IMG/VR virus record: IMGVR_UViG_2866360957_000001
Coordinates: 1 to 64,000 of that record
DNA from: a virus
Lineage: Duplodnaviria > Caudoviricetes
Direction: 5' to 3' (one strand)
Length of the DNA stretch: 64,000 bases
The notes under the pieces are model-generated. The model saw only the letters and a program-made list of their open reading frames with translations. It searched no databases and was not told the origin of the DNA. Made by a program: the position numbers and the translations under genes. Positions 1-9,810 of the stretch are shown here, in pieces. Within the stretch, counting starts at the first letter, position 1. The number at the start of each line of letters is the position of its first letter.

Positions 1-534
1 TTATGCGGATTCTTCGCTATCCCCCTTCGCCTGGGGCTGGGTTGACCGCCAGGACGTAATGGCATTTATGGCCAGCCATTTTTCGGTGTCGGACAGATCG
101 GGCAGCGCGTCGATCACCTCGTTCCATGGCCGGGAGCGGTCGGCCGCGGCAAGATCCGCGCCTTGGGCGGACTCACGTAGCTCTTCGCGAACGATCTTCC
201 GGAGGACCTCCAGGGGAAGCTGTCGCGCGATCCGCCTGGCTTCGTCCGCGGTGATCGCGGCACGCTGGCCGGCGTCCGGGAGGTTCACAGGATCCTTGCC
301 TTTGGAGACAAGCCCGACGCTGCCCGCCGTCCAGCCGAACACGCGCTCGACTCCGGCGTAGGAGAGTTCGCGGACGGCCTTGCCTTGTTCGACACGGCTC
401 CATGTCACGGGGCTCATCCCGCCGGCCTCGGCGGCCTGGTCGATGGATAGGCCGACCGCGGTCCGCGTGCGGCGCACGGCCTCGCCCAGCCTCTTCCGTG
501 CTTCCTGGTCCATGGTGGCCATCATGCCAGACAC
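1..534 (-). CDS. XRE-family HTH immunity repressor (true start may be 525 or 513)
   Basis: LGEAVRRTRTAVGLSIDQAAEAGGMSPVTWSRVEQG HTH; divergent from the cro-like gene. Confidence 0.85.
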   Translation of the reverse strand: MSGMMATMDQEARKRLGEAVRRTRTAVGLSIDQAAEAGGMSPVTWSRVEQGKAVRELSYAGVERVFGWTAGSVGLVSKGKDPVNLPDAGQRAAITADEARRIARQLPLEVLRKIVREELRESAQGADLAAADRSRPWNEVIDALPDLSDTEKWLAINAITSWRSTQPQAKGDSEESA

Positions 535-690
535 AGTCAGGCACAGTAAGGCACATCTTCACATAACTTCAGGACTACATACTCCCTGCTCCTCGCTATC
601 TACCCACAGTTCTGGGGTATCTCGGACATGATTTCGAAAGTACCTGGCGCTAGCTGTTGAAAGCTGTGCCAAGCTATGCCTAGACTCATG
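527..690. promoter_or_regulatory. Divergent immunity control region with rightward promoter and operator-like repeats
   Basis: TTGAAA-18 nt-TAGACT (-10 at 681-686); AAGCTGTGCC/AAGCTATGCC at 661-680; GACACAG/GGCACAG/GGCACAT at 10-nt spacing around 530-556. Confidence 0.6.
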
Positions 691-693
691 GAC

Positions 694-981
694 ATGTCCA
701 AAGGCACCACGCCGACAACGATCGGGGTCAATGGGTTCGCTCTCCGAGAGCTGCGCGTCCGGAGCGGCTGGGACACCAAGCCGTTCGCCGCCACCATCGG
801 CATCAGTCGCCCCTACCTCGTACGGATCGAACTCGGCGAACGCCAGAGGGTCAGCCCGAGCGTCTTCGCCGCCATGCTGCGAGCCCTCCAGCTCAAAGAC
901 CGGCGCGCGATCCTCGCCGATCCGCACGGCGTCGCCACCGACGGCGATATCGCGACCGACGATGAGGCGCTCTCAGCGTGA
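694..981 (+). CDS. Cro-like XRE HTH protein (possibly leaderless start)
   Basis: ALRELRVRSGWDTKPFAATIGISRPYLVRIELGER; ATG 7 nt after the -10 box. Confidence 0.85.
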   Translation: MSKGTTPTTIGVNGFALRELRVRSGWDTKPFAATIGISRPYLVRIELGERQRVSPSVFAAMLRALQLKDRRAILADPHGVATDGDIATDDEALSA

Positions 982-1223
982 ACGCGAACCCACAGACCTG
1001 CGGGACGGGGTCAACGGACCGCGGGGAAACCGCAAGGCCCGGCCATGACGCCCGCACCGCCGAGCCGGTGCCTGCCCCGTCCCGCATCTGCCGCACTCCA
1101 GCCGAGGCGTACGCCGCCGGATGGGAGGACGGCGCGCACGACCCACCGCTCACCGACGAGCAGCGCACTCGCGTGGCCGCGCTTCTCGCGCCGTACATCC
1201 GACCGGCCGCCAACGCGGCCTGA
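978..1223 (+). CDS. Hypothetical phage protein
   Basis: GTGA overlap with the cro stop. Confidence 0.6.
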   Translation: MNANPQTCGTGSTDRGETARPGHDARTAEPVPAPSRICRTPAEAYAAGWEDGAHDPPLTDEQRTRVAALLAPYIRPAANAA

Positions 1224-1232
1224 CATGCAGAT

Positions 1233-1283
1233 GCCCCGAGCTGAGCCAACAGCTCGGGGCGGGTGTCGGAGACCCCGACACCC
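1233..1283. terminator. Two back-to-back hairpins (terminator or processing site)
   Basis: GCCCCGAGCTG/CAGCTCGGGGC followed by GGGTGTCGG/CCGACACCC in an intergenic gap. Confidence 0.5.
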
Positions 1284-1306
1284 CGACTGTACCGAAGGAG
1301 ACCCCC

Positions 1307-1639
1307 ATGGCCATCCCTCCGACCGCGAGACCACCGGTTCCACAGGCGTCCTGCTCCGTCTGCCTGGCCCCGCACCGGCTGATGTACAGAACCTCCGTCG
1401 CCCCGCACGACGTCGCGGTCGGCGGCGAGATGCTGCCCTGCCCCGGCGGGTGCGCAGCACCGCTGATGGCGTACGAAATCCGCGAGGGCGACGTGCTCGG
1501 CGTGGGCCAGGTCCGCAACGTCCTCGACGTCCCCGGACGGGACCTGCACGAGAACGACGTGCAGATCGGCCACGACTGGATCACCCTCGCGGCCGATCTG
1601 CCCGTCATCATCCGCTCGCGCACGTCGGCGGTGGCCTGA
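1307..1639 (+). CDS. Hypothetical protein with Cys pairs
   Basis: AAGGAG RBS; CSVC and CPGGC. Confidence 0.65.
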   Translation: MAIPPTARPPVPQASCSVCLAPHRLMYRTSVAPHDVAVGGEMLPCPGGCAAPLMAYEIREGDVLGVGQVRNVLDVPGRDLHENDVQIGHDWITLAADLPVIIRSRTSAVA

Positions 1640-2388
1640 TGCGGTACGTCGAAATCGAGAGCCAGGCCGAGTACGCGGTGGCACCGGAAGACGCCGACCT
1701 GCACGCGTTCGAGGGCTACATCAAGATCGCCCCGGGCGATCGGCGTCCGCTGACCGTTTCCGGGTCCGCCCACGTCGCGGCCGGCAACACCCCGGTCATC
1801 GCCCGCGGCCACGCGACCATCGAGACACGTCGCGGTCAGGTCACCGCCTACGACCAGGTCGCCGTCATCGCCTACAGCTCGCGGGTCACCGCGTACGGCG
1901 ACACGGTGGTCCGCGCCTACGGCAGCAGCGAGGTGACCGCCGGGGCGCACGTCACCGTCTACCGGTGCGACCGCGAGACCACGGTGACAGGCGGGAAGGT
2001 CATCGAGGCCCCGCTGGTACGCCACGGCGACATCCGGCGGTGGTGCGAACACTACGGCGTCAAGGTCGCCGACGACGACACGATCGTCCTCTACAAGGGC
2101 GTTCGCGCGAGTTTCTACTCCGGCTGGGGCATGCACTACCCGCTCGGCGGGACCGTCACCGCGCCGGACTGGAGCACCTACCCGGACTGCGGCGGCGGCC
2201 TGCACCTGTCGCCGTCGCCCGCACACGTGCGCGAATACGTCGAGCTGTGGCAGCCCGGAATGCGCATCCTCGCCTGCCGCGTCGAGCTCGCCGACAGCAT
2301 CGTCCACCTCGGCGACAAGGTCAAGGTGCGCCGCTGCACGGTCCTGCATGAGGTCGATTCCCTCGGTCGCACGCGGGTGGTGGCGTGA
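1639..2388 (+). CDS. Phage protein with beta-repeat segment and CGGGLH domain
   Basis: TGATG coupling; repeated VTAY/VRAYG units; LYKGV...CGGGLHLSP. Confidence 0.75.
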   Translation: MRYVEIESQAEYAVAPEDADLHAFEGYIKIAPGDRRPLTVSGSAHVAAGNTPVIARGHATIETRRGQVTAYDQVAVIAYSSRVTAYGDTVVRAYGSSEVTAGAHVTVYRCDRETTVTGGKVIEAPLVRHGDIRRWCEHYGVKVADDDTIVLYKGVRASFYSGWGMHYPLGGTVTAPDWSTYPDCGGGLHLSPSPAHVREYVELWQPGMRILACRVELADSIVHLGDKVKVRRCTVLHEVDSLGRTRVVA

Positions 2389-2642
2389 TGTCTCGCCTCG
2401 ACAACCTCGCCGACGTGTGGCCCGAGCGGACCGCCGTCGTCCACCGCGCCACCGGCGCGACCGGCACCATCACCCCGTGCCCCGCCGGTGACCCAATCGC
2501 CACACAGTACGACTGGGGCCGCCGCACGGCGCACATCCTGCTCAACGGGTCCGACCCCGGCGTGGTCTGGGTGACCTGGCGCGACCGGCCCGGCTGCTGG
2601 ATCCGCCCCGGCGTCCTCCGCAAGGTCAGGAGGGGGGCATGA
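2385..2642 (+). CDS. Hypothetical protein
   Basis: Overlapping start/stop coupling. Confidence 0.6.
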   Translation: MMSRLDNLADVWPERTAVVHRATGATGTITPCPAGDPIATQYDWGRRTAHILLNGSDPGVVWVTWRDRPGCWIRPGVLRKVRRGA

Positions 2643-2938
2643 TCACCCTGCCCGACTGCCGCATGGTCCTCGGCACCTACGAGGCGTACCACATCGAGTA
2701 TGTCGGCCACCGCATCGGCGGCGACCTGGACGTGGTCGTGTCGGCGATCCCGTACGACCATCACGCCCGGCAGAGCTACATCGCCTTCCGCTGTAGCGCG
2801 GGGGAGTGGCGGGCGCTGGCCGGCCGGACGCACGACCTGGAGACCGCCATCCACCGCGCCGAACGCGAGACGCGCTGGGCCGGATGGGGGTCGCCTGAAC
2901 TGGCCGCGCTTCTCGATCTTGTGGAGGTGTCCCAGTGA
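2639..2938 (+). CDS. Hypothetical protein
   Basis: ATGA coupling, RBS. Confidence 0.6.
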   Translation: MITLPDCRMVLGTYEAYHIEYVGHRIGGDLDVVVSAIPYDHHARQSYIAFRCSAGEWRALAGRTHDLETAIHRAERETRWAGWGSPELAALLDLVEVSQ

Positions 2939-3141
2939 CCGGCCCAGAGCACTACCGCCAGGCCGAACAGCTCGCCGACCGCGCTCACCACTGGACCTAC
3001 GGCGACGGCGGCGACCCGGTCGTCGGTGCTGCCCTGGCCGCTGAGGCTCAGGTTCACGCGACGCTCGCCCTGGCCGCCGCGACCGCCCTCAGCGTCTCTG
3101 CGTCAGACGATTGGATCGCCGTCGCGGGGGTGAGGTCGTGA
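2935..3141 (+). CDS. Hypothetical protein
   Basis: GGAGG RBS, GTGA coupling. Confidence 0.65.
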   Translation: MTGPEHYRQAEQLADRAHHWTYGDGGDPVVGAALAAEAQVHATLALAAATALSVSASDDWIAVAGVRS

Positions 3142-3419
3142 GCCTCCCCGCTATCCCCAAGCTCGTCAAGCATCCGGGCCAATACGTCAAGCACACGGGC
3201 CGCCGCGTCCGCGACCCGCACCCCTGGCGTACGCGCGCCGCGCGGTTCCGCCCGACCGCCCATAGCGGCAATTGGGTGCTTCTCGTGGTCGGCCTCACAG
3301 AGGCCGGTGTGGCGATCGGCTGGACGGTCGAGTACGGCCCGACTCTGCCCGGCGCGATCCTCGCGGCCAACGCTTTTCTGCTCCTGTTGCTCCGCTGGAG
3401 GGTCCGATGGACGCCGTGA
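3138..3419 (+). CDS. Hypothetical membrane protein
   Basis: GTGA coupling; two hydrophobic segments. Confidence 0.55.
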   Translation: MSLPAIPKLVKHPGQYVKHTGRRVRDPHPWRTRAARFRPTAHSGNWVLLVVGLTEAGVAIGWTVEYGPTLPGAILAANAFLLLLLRWRVRWTP

Positions 3420-3946
3420 ACGAGCCCATGACGCCGCTGATCATGCTCGCCGTGGACGGCGTGATTGCACCGTTCGGACGGCCGGGCTCGCAGTGGCAGG
3501 AGCACAGGGTCGTGGCCGACGGCTTGACCCTCACTTTGTGGCTCAACCCGGCGACAGGCCCCAAGCTGCTGAAGCTGGCCGAGATCACCGGGGCGGAACT
3601 CGTCTGGGCGACCGCCTGGGATCACGATGCCAACGTCGAGATCGGGCCTCTGATCGGTCTGCCGACGCAGTCCGTCTGCGTGGTGGGCCAGGATGCGCCG
3701 CCGGACCTGGCGGCGAAGATCTGGTGCTTCAAGACCCCCCGAATCGCCCAGTACACCGCGGGGCGGCCGTTCGTGTGGTTCGACGACTCCCTCACCCTGC
3801 GCGACGCCGCGTACTTGCGCGGGGTCGAGGGTGTCGGCGACCACCTCCTGATCCACGTCGAGCCGTACCGCGGGCTGACCGACGACCACATGGAGCGGGC
3901 CCGCGCATGGCTCGCCAAGAACCGACGACCACGAGGTGGGTCATGA
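3407..3946 (+). CDS. HAD-superfamily protein (Swiss-Army-knife RNA-repair-like type); motif I degenerate
   Basis: LAVDGVI, LVWATAW, KTP, RPFVWFDD. Confidence 0.8.
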   Translation: MDAVNEPMTPLIMLAVDGVIAPFGRPGSQWQEHRVVADGLTLTLWLNPATGPKLLKLAEITGAELVWATAWDHDANVEIGPLIGLPTQSVCVVGQDAPPDLAAKIWCFKTPRIAQYTAGRPFVWFDDSLTLRDAAYLRGVEGVGDHLLIHVEPYRGLTDDHMERARAWLAKNRRPRGGS

Positions 3947-4353
3947 AGGTTCTGCGCTTCGGCGTTGGCGTCGCTATCGGCATCACCCTCGGCCTGGCCG
4001 TCCTGTGGCTCGCCCTCCACCTCGGGCCGCGATGGGCGCCGGTCTTCTTGGCCAGCCTGTTCGTCCTGACAGCGCTCGGCTGGCTGGCTCTCTACTTCAT
4101 CGCTCGCGCGTCCAGTCAGGAGGCTGAGATGAACTATGCCGCGATCATGGACGGGTGCCGCAGACGCAGCACCGAGTACCTGATCCGGACCCACGATGAG
4201 GGCGTCCGGTACGCCAACAGCGGCTCGCTGGCAACGCTTGGCGGCACGACGCTGGAGGCCGTCCGCGAAGTGCTCACCGAGCGCGGTGTGGCCCTGTGCC
4301 ACTGTGGGGCACCCCCGGGCGGCGTCCACTCCAGGGCGTGCGGGGAGTCGTGA
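3943..4353 (+). CDS. Hypothetical membrane protein
   Basis: ATGA coupling; two N-terminal hydrophobic helices. Confidence 0.65.
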   Translation: MKVLRFGVGVAIGITLGLAVLWLALHLGPRWAPVFLASLFVLTALGWLALYFIARASSQEAEMNYAAIMDGCRRRSTEYLIRTHDEGVRYANSGSLATLGGTTLEAVREVLTERGVALCHCGAPPGGVHSRACGES

Positions 4354-4712
4354 TGGCCGGGCTCCCGACATACGACTACGGCCGGATCTCGCCCCACGAA
4401 ATCCGGCATGAGCTCGATGACCGGTGGTCGAAGTTCTACTTCGGCGACCGCCACATCGCGATTGCGCGTGACGACCTGGAGCGGATCCGGGACGCGCGCC
4501 GCCTGGCGCAGGTCCTCGCCGCCCAGGCCGGGATGTGGGACGCCGACCTCGCCGCCCTGGAGGAGCGCGCGGCACACGTCGTGAAAGCGGGCCCGCCCGC
4601 GACCGGCGTTCCGGCCGATGAGCCGTACGGCGGCGATGACCCCGCCCTCGACGCGCGGGTGACCGCCGTCATGCAGATCCCAGAGACCCACCGTAGGGAG
4701 GCCAGCGAATGA
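4353..4712 (+). CDS. Hypothetical protein
   Basis: TGATG coupling. Confidence 0.6.
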   Translation: MAGLPTYDYGRISPHEIRHELDDRWSKFYFGDRHIAIARDDLERIRDARRLAQVLAAQAGMWDADLAALEERAAHVVKAGPPATGVPADEPYGGDDPALDARVTAVMQIPETHRREASE

Positions 4713-4978
4713 TCGGCCGACACCGCGCCGACGACGACTCGACCGACCCGTCCGCGCTCGCCGCGACCGCGCCGATCGCCGACCTGGCCGACTGGGAGCG
4801 CATCTGGCGCGAGACCGACCCGGATGCGTGGCTCGCCCCGCTGCTGTCGGGCGGGACCCGGGTCGAGCGGGCGATGACCCGGACCATGCGCGAGCGCGGC
4901 CAGCTCCTCGCCAAGCGCGTCGGCCGCCGCGCCGCGCGGATGCGCGCCGCGATCTGGAGGGGGGAGGGGGAGCAGTGA
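4709..4978 (+). CDS. Hypothetical protein
   Basis: GGAGG RBS, ATGA coupling. Confidence 0.6.
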   Translation: MIGRHRADDDSTDPSALAATAPIADLADWERIWRETDPDAWLAPLLSGGTRVERAMTRTMRERGQLLAKRVGRRAARMRAAIWRGEGEQ

Positions 4979-5439
4979 AACTCCGCACGCAGGACGAGAT
5001 CGCCGTCCGGATCCGCGCGGTGGCTGACGCCGACATCTTCGGCTTCCGCAGCGAGGTCCTGCTTGGTGCTCTCGACCTCGAACACGTCAGGCGTTTCAAC
5101 CCCGAGATCACGGCGGCTGACTGGAGGGACGCACCTGACGCGGCCGGCCTGCTGGCCGAGGCCGAGTCGTATCACACCTTCGCTATCGGCAAGATCCGCG
5201 ACCACCGCGGTATCTCCGCACTGCGCAGTGTGGCGAAGCTCGGCGAGTACGCGTGGCTGCTGTGCCGGGATGACGTGGTGGTCGCGATGGACGCCGCGCC
5301 TTACGAGCAGTACGGCGCGCCGAAGGTCAAGTCGTTCGGCGTGGGCTTTGACCTGGGGTGGCCGGACGAGCCTGAGCTGAACCGGATGGCCGCCGGAGAC
5401 GGGTGCTGCCCGGACTGCGAGGAGGGATGCGGCCGATGA
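4975..5439 (+). CDS. Hypothetical protein with Cys-rich C-terminus
   Basis: GTGA coupling; CCPDCEEGC. Confidence 0.7.
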   Translation: MKLRTQDEIAVRIRAVADADIFGFRSEVLLGALDLEHVRRFNPEITAADWRDAPDAAGLLAEAESYHTFAIGKIRDHRGISALRSVAKLGEYAWLLCRDDVVVAMDAAPYEQYGAPKVKSFGVGFDLGWPDEPELNRMAAGDGCCPDCEEGCGR

Positions 5440-6032
5440 GCCAGCGATACGAGCCCGGCGAGATTATCGACATCACCATCACGGGCGCGCGCGTACTGAC
5501 CCATACGGACGGCTCGCTGGTCTACGAGTACGAGTACGGCGAGGCAGGGGCCACCGACCGGGAAGAGGTCCGGCACGAGGCGAGCGCCGTCACGATCACC
5601 CGCCGTGTTCCCGCCGCTGGGATGCCCAGGCCGAACGAGGTGTGGGTGGACGACTTGGGCATCCGTTACCTGGTTGTTGAGAGCGAGGGGCAGATCCGCC
5701 TGCATGATGGCGCTCCGTCCGGCTCCCGGTCCGTGGAGCACATCCACGGGGTGTACGGCCCCATCACGCCCCTGATCCGCGATGAGCTGGCGCGGGAGGA
5801 CATCACCCCGGACATCGCCCGCCAGGTCTTGTGGTGGTTCGGGCAGGGCTCGGAGGGGGGCGCAGAAGGCTCGACGTTCGAGAACGGGTTGATCGGCACC
5901 ATCGCTCATGCGCCCAAGGAAGAACGGCGGCGCCTGGCCCGCGAGTATCCCGGCTATGTCCAGGCCGTGTACTGGGCCGAGGCCGACGGCGGGATCGACG
6001 ACCTGCGGCAGATCGCGGAGCGTGACGTATGA
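5436..6032 (+). CDS. Hypothetical protein
   Basis: ATGA coupling, coding-like composition. Confidence 0.7.
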   Translation: MSQRYEPGEIIDITITGARVLTHTDGSLVYEYEYGEAGATDREEVRHEASAVTITRRVPAAGMPRPNEVWVDDLGIRYLVVESEGQIRLHDGAPSGSRSVEHIHGVYGPITPLIRDELAREDITPDIARQVLWWFGQGSEGGAEGSTFENGLIGTIAHAPKEERRRLAREYPGYVQAVYWAEADGGIDDLRQIAERDV

Positions 6033-6358
6033 ACCTCGTGCTCGAAACTCGCGACCAGCCCAATAGGACCGTGCACGTTGGCGCGGTTGCCCTGACGCCT
6101 GCGATCGACGAGGACTACTGGGCGTACCGTGTCCGGCTCGGTGAGCGCCAGGCGATCGTGGGGTTCCCGAAGTTCGGGACCATCGGCATCGGCTTCGCCG
6201 TCGAGGAGGACTGGAACGCCAATCTCCCCTACACCTGCGACGCCGAGAGGATCTACAACCACATCGCACACAACAAGGGCGATGACGACATCAGCGGTGA
6301 GGACTGCCTGACAGCGATCCGGATGATCCAGGATGCGGTCAAGGCGGAGCGAGCGTGA
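6029..6358 (+). CDS. Hypothetical protein
   Basis: ATGA coupling. Confidence 0.7.
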   Translation: MNLVLETRDQPNRTVHVGAVALTPAIDEDYWAYRVRLGERQAIVGFPKFGTIGIGFAVEEDWNANLPYTCDAERIYNHIAHNKGDDDISGEDCLTAIRMIQDAVKAERA

Positions 6359-7407
6359 TGAGCGACCTCATCACCCCGACCGCGCGCCTCCTGGCGCCGT
6401 CCGGCCTGCCGCGTGACGAATGGCTCGACGTCCGCCGCCAAGGCATCGGCGGCTCGGACGTCGCCGCGATCCTCGGCATGGACAAGCGGCGTGGGCCGCT
6501 GCACGTCTACCTCGACAAGCGTGGTGAACTGCGCGAAGAGCGCGATGCCAAGCTCGATCGGGCTGCGCGGCGCGGTCACCGCCTCGAAGGGCTCGTGGCC
6601 GAGTTCTTCGCCGAGGAGACCGGCCGGATCGTGCTCAACACTCCCGGAACGCTCCAGCACGCCGAGCACCCGTGGATGCTCGCCAACCCTGACCGGATCA
6701 GCTTCGCCGACAGCAACTTCGCGGATCCGGCCGTACTGGAGTGCAAGAGCCGAACCTGGCGGAGCGCGCGCGCCGAGGACTGGGGTGGTGACGAGCCGCC
6801 CGATGGTCCCGCCCTCCAGGCGTATTGGTACCGCGCCGTCACCGGCTACGGCAAGGCGCACGTCGCGGGCCTGGTCGATGACGACTTCGTGCACTTCGAG
6901 CTCGCCGACGACACCGAGCTCATCGGCCACCTCGTGACGCTGGTCGCCGACTTCTGGCGCGACCATGTGGAGGCCGGCATCCCACCGGAGCCCGGCGATC
7001 TGGAGAGCACTGACGAACTGCTGGGGCGGCTGTGGGACGCCACTGCGGACTCGTTCCGCCTCTTCAATCCAGAGGAGAGCAAGGCGGCCGACGCGCTTCT
7101 CGCCCGGCGCGCCGAGGTCGTCGCTGAGCGGAGGGCGCTGGAGCGCGAACTCGGCGCGATTGAGAACAAGCTCAAGGCCCGGCTCGGTGACGCTGAGATC
7201 GCCCTCGCCCCCGGCCGAGAGCTCTACTCCTGGAAGCGCAACGGCAACTTCGCCTACAAGCGGTTCCGGCAGGCATATCCCGACCTGGCGCGCGAGTACA
7301 CCCGTACGGCCAAGGCGATCGATGGCGAGCGCTTGGCCGCGGAGCAACCAGAAATTCACCGGCGCTTTCGCGCCCGCGTCTTCCGAGTTCCAGGGGGAAC
7401 CGTATGA
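6355..7407 (+). CDS. YqaJ-like viral recombinase exonuclease (lambda-exo/RecE type)
   Basis: WLDVRRQGIGGSDVAAILG, GHRLEG, PWMLANPDR, LECKS, QAYWY. Confidence 0.93.
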   Translation: MMSDLITPTARLLAPSGLPRDEWLDVRRQGIGGSDVAAILGMDKRRGPLHVYLDKRGELREERDAKLDRAARRGHRLEGLVAEFFAEETGRIVLNTPGTLQHAEHPWMLANPDRISFADSNFADPAVLECKSRTWRSARAEDWGGDEPPDGPALQAYWYRAVTGYGKAHVAGLVDDDFVHFELADDTELIGHLVTLVADFWRDHVEAGIPPEPGDLESTDELLGRLWDATADSFRLFNPEESKAADALLARRAEVVAERRALERELGAIENKLKARLGDAEIALAPGRELYSWKRNGNFAYKRFRQAYPDLAREYTRTAKAIDGERLAAEQPEIHRRFRARVFRVPGGTV

Positions 7408-8366
7408 GCAACCTCGGCCAACGAGTGGCCAACCGCGCCCAGGGCGGTCAGCGTCGCACCGGCAACGCCGTCGAGCTCCAGAAGAAGAAGGTCGCCACCG
7501 CGCGGCAGCTCTTCCAGCAGATGCGGCCTCAGTTCGCCGTGGCGCTGCCTCAGCATGTGAGCGTTGATCGATTCCTGCGCATGGCGCTCACGGCCGTCCA
7601 GAAGACGCCGAAGCTCCTCGACTGCACGCAGGAGTCCCTTCTCGCCGCGTTGCTGGAGTCTGCCCGCCTGGGACTGGAGCCCGGAACCAAGCAGGCCGCC
7701 ATCGTGCCGTACGGCAAGACCGCCACGTTCATCGCGCAGTGGCAGGGCCTGGTGGAACTGATGTACCGCTCCGGCCAGGTCATGTCGGTCACCGCAGAGT
7801 TCATCCACGAGAACGACCCGTGGAAATACCGGATCGGCGACGGCGGCACCTTCTGGCACGAGCCCGACGTGCTTTCCGGCGAGCGCGGGCCGATCGTCCT
7901 CGCCTACGCCTACGCCGAGATCAAGGGCGGCGGCCGATCGAAGATCGTGACGCTCAATCGCGGCGAGGCCGAGTTCGTCCGGGACAGGTACAGCAAGGCG
8001 TACGCCCTCGCCGAGCAGCATCGCCGCGAGGAGCCTGACGAGTTCGCCCGCGTCCCTGACAAGGGGTGGTTTAACTCGACCTGGCACACCGAATTCGACG
8101 CGATGTGGCGTAAGAGCGCCGTCCGCCGCCTCGCGGACTGGGTGCCGCAGAGCCCGGAGCTGGTGGAGCTGTTGCAGCGCGAGAACCCGGCCGGAGAGAG
8201 CGAGCCCCCGGAGGTCGATTTCGACTTCGACGGCGAGGTCGTCTCCGAGACCGAGGAACCCTATACACCTGATGGAGACCAGGCTGGTGCGCGGTCCGAC
8301 GTTGACGAGGCCGACTGGCCCCCGGTCGTCAGGCCCGGCTCGGGAGGCGGCACCGATGCCTCGTGA
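7404..8366 (+). CDS. recT: RecT-family single-strand annealing protein
   Basis: ALPQHVSVDRFLRMALTAVQKTPKLLDCTQESLL...LGLEP...IVPY; W.TEFDAMWRKSAVRRL; acidic tail; next to exonuclease. Confidence 0.93.
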   Translation: MSNLGQRVANRAQGGQRRTGNAVELQKKKVATARQLFQQMRPQFAVALPQHVSVDRFLRMALTAVQKTPKLLDCTQESLLAALLESARLGLEPGTKQAAIVPYGKTATFIAQWQGLVELMYRSGQVMSVTAEFIHENDPWKYRIGDGGTFWHEPDVLSGERGPIVLAYAYAEIKGGGRSKIVTLNRGEAEFVRDRYSKAYALAEQHRREEPDEFARVPDKGWFNSTWHTEFDAMWRKSAVRRLADWVPQSPELVELLQRENPAGESEPPEVDFDFDGEVVSETEEPYTPDGDQAGARSDVDEADWPPVVRPGSGGGTDAS

Positions 8367-8510
8367 CCCGCACCCCGGGCCCGGCTGCTCCTGCCGGGCC
8401 TGCATTGCCCGGACCGACCGGCTTGCCCGCGACGCCAAGGGCGCCCGCAGAACCGGCTGCCTGACCGCGCTGGCCATGCTCCCCATAGCGCTGATCAAGA
8501 GGACCACCCG

Positions 8511-8981
8511 ATGATGTACGCCCTGATCGACAATGACGGCGAGCTGAACATCAAGCACGGCGCGTGGCGTACCGAGGTCGGCCCCGAAGGGCCGGGCCGG
8601 GTGCGCCTCCAGCCGGACCCGGACGGCCACGAGTGGGCCGGATGGGTCAACGACGACGGCCACCGGCTCGGGCTGCCGCGCAACATCGTCGGCGGCCTGA
8701 TCCTCAACGCCCTTGGTGCGCCGCCGAGCCCGTACCCCGGGCCGGTCGTCATCACCGGCTGGGGGCCGCTGCCGCACACCGAGGTGCGCGGCCTGTCCGC
8801 CTTCGAGGCCGACGCCGTCCGCGAGATCCACGACCATGCCCGGCGCGCGCTGGCCGGCGAGGCGGCGAGCTGGGCGGATGACGCCCGTGCGATCGCCGAG
8901 TACATGCGCACCACGCCGACTCCCGGCCTCACCGTCCTCGCGGGCGCGGATGCTCTTGCCCGGCTCAGGGGGCGACTGTGA
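8511..8981 (+). CDS. Hypothetical protein (paralogue of 36779-37111)
   Basis: GWVND...N.VGG...GPVVITGW...EVRGL. Confidence 0.7.
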   Translation: MMYALIDNDGELNIKHGAWRTEVGPEGPGRVRLQPDPDGHEWAGWVNDDGHRLGLPRNIVGGLILNALGAPPSPYPGPVVITGWGPLPHTEVRGLSAFEADAVREIHDHARRALAGEAASWADDARAIAEYMRTTPTPGLTVLAGADALARLRGRL

Positions 8982-9179
8982 CCGAGAAGCAGATCGTCAT
9001 CATCGCTGGCCGCCGCCACGCGCTGGCCGCCGCCCGCAGTCTGCGAGGCGAGCCGTGATCCGCCTGCTGATCGCGCTGGACCAGTGGCTGAGCGCCAGCC
9101 GGTGGCGCGTCCCCGCTGTCATGGTCACCGCTGCGGCGGCCACGGTCGTGCTTGCCGTGGCGCTCACCGAGGTCCTGAC

Positions 9180-9512
9180 ATGAGTGGCCTGCGCATGACC
9201 GTGACCTGGGAGTTTTCGGACGGTCCTGCTGAGAAGGCCCTGGCGCTCGCCGAACGCTGGCTCGCCGAGCAGCTCGGCGAGGGCACGCCGCCGCCGCGCC
9301 CGGTCCGCGTCGAGTGCCAGAGCATCACCACGACCCGGCCGAGCGTGCTGACGGCGCGCCGCCAGGCGCTCGGGCTCACCGTCCGCCAGCTCGCCGCCCG
9401 TGCCCGCATCGACCCGCAGGTGATCGCAGCGGCCGAGAACGGTGCGCTCGCGCCCGGCACGGCCGGTTACTCCAGGGTCTCCGCAGTCCTCACCGACCTG
9501 GAAGCCCGATGA
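9180..9512 (+). CDS. XRE HTH protein
   Basis: LTARRQALGLTVRQLAARARIDPQVIAAAENG. Confidence 0.8.
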   Translation: MSGLRMTVTWEFSDGPAEKALALAERWLAEQLGEGTPPPRPVRVECQSITTTRPSVLTARRQALGLTVRQLAARARIDPQVIAAAENGALAPGTAGYSRVSAVLTDLEAR

Positions 9513-9522
9513 CCACTCGACC

Positions 9523-9788
9523 CGCCGCAGCCTCCCTTCCTGCGGCGCGCCCGCCAGGCGACCACCCGACGCCGTCGGCGGGCACCCACCTGGCCCCGGA
9601 CCATATCGGGGGCCGGGACCAGGTGGGACCACCAGACGTGCAGTCCCGCCCGCCGGGGGACGGGCGGGACTGCACACCAGCGGGCGCGGTGGGGGCCGCG
9701 CCCGAACCCCGCGCGACGGACCCCTCGCGCGGGTGCCCCTGGCGCTCCTCCGGCCATGGAGCGGGCCGTGGAGTCGAGCGCCAGGGGC
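9523..9788. other. Chain of seven consecutive stem-loops (candidate structured RNA or ssDNA element)
   Basis: Inverted repeats at 9523-9547, 9549-9583, 9585-9627, 9638-9675, 9681-9704, 9708-9733, 9735-9788. Confidence 0.7.
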
Positions 9789-9810
9789 CTCAGCTCAGCG
9801 GAGGTGTGCG

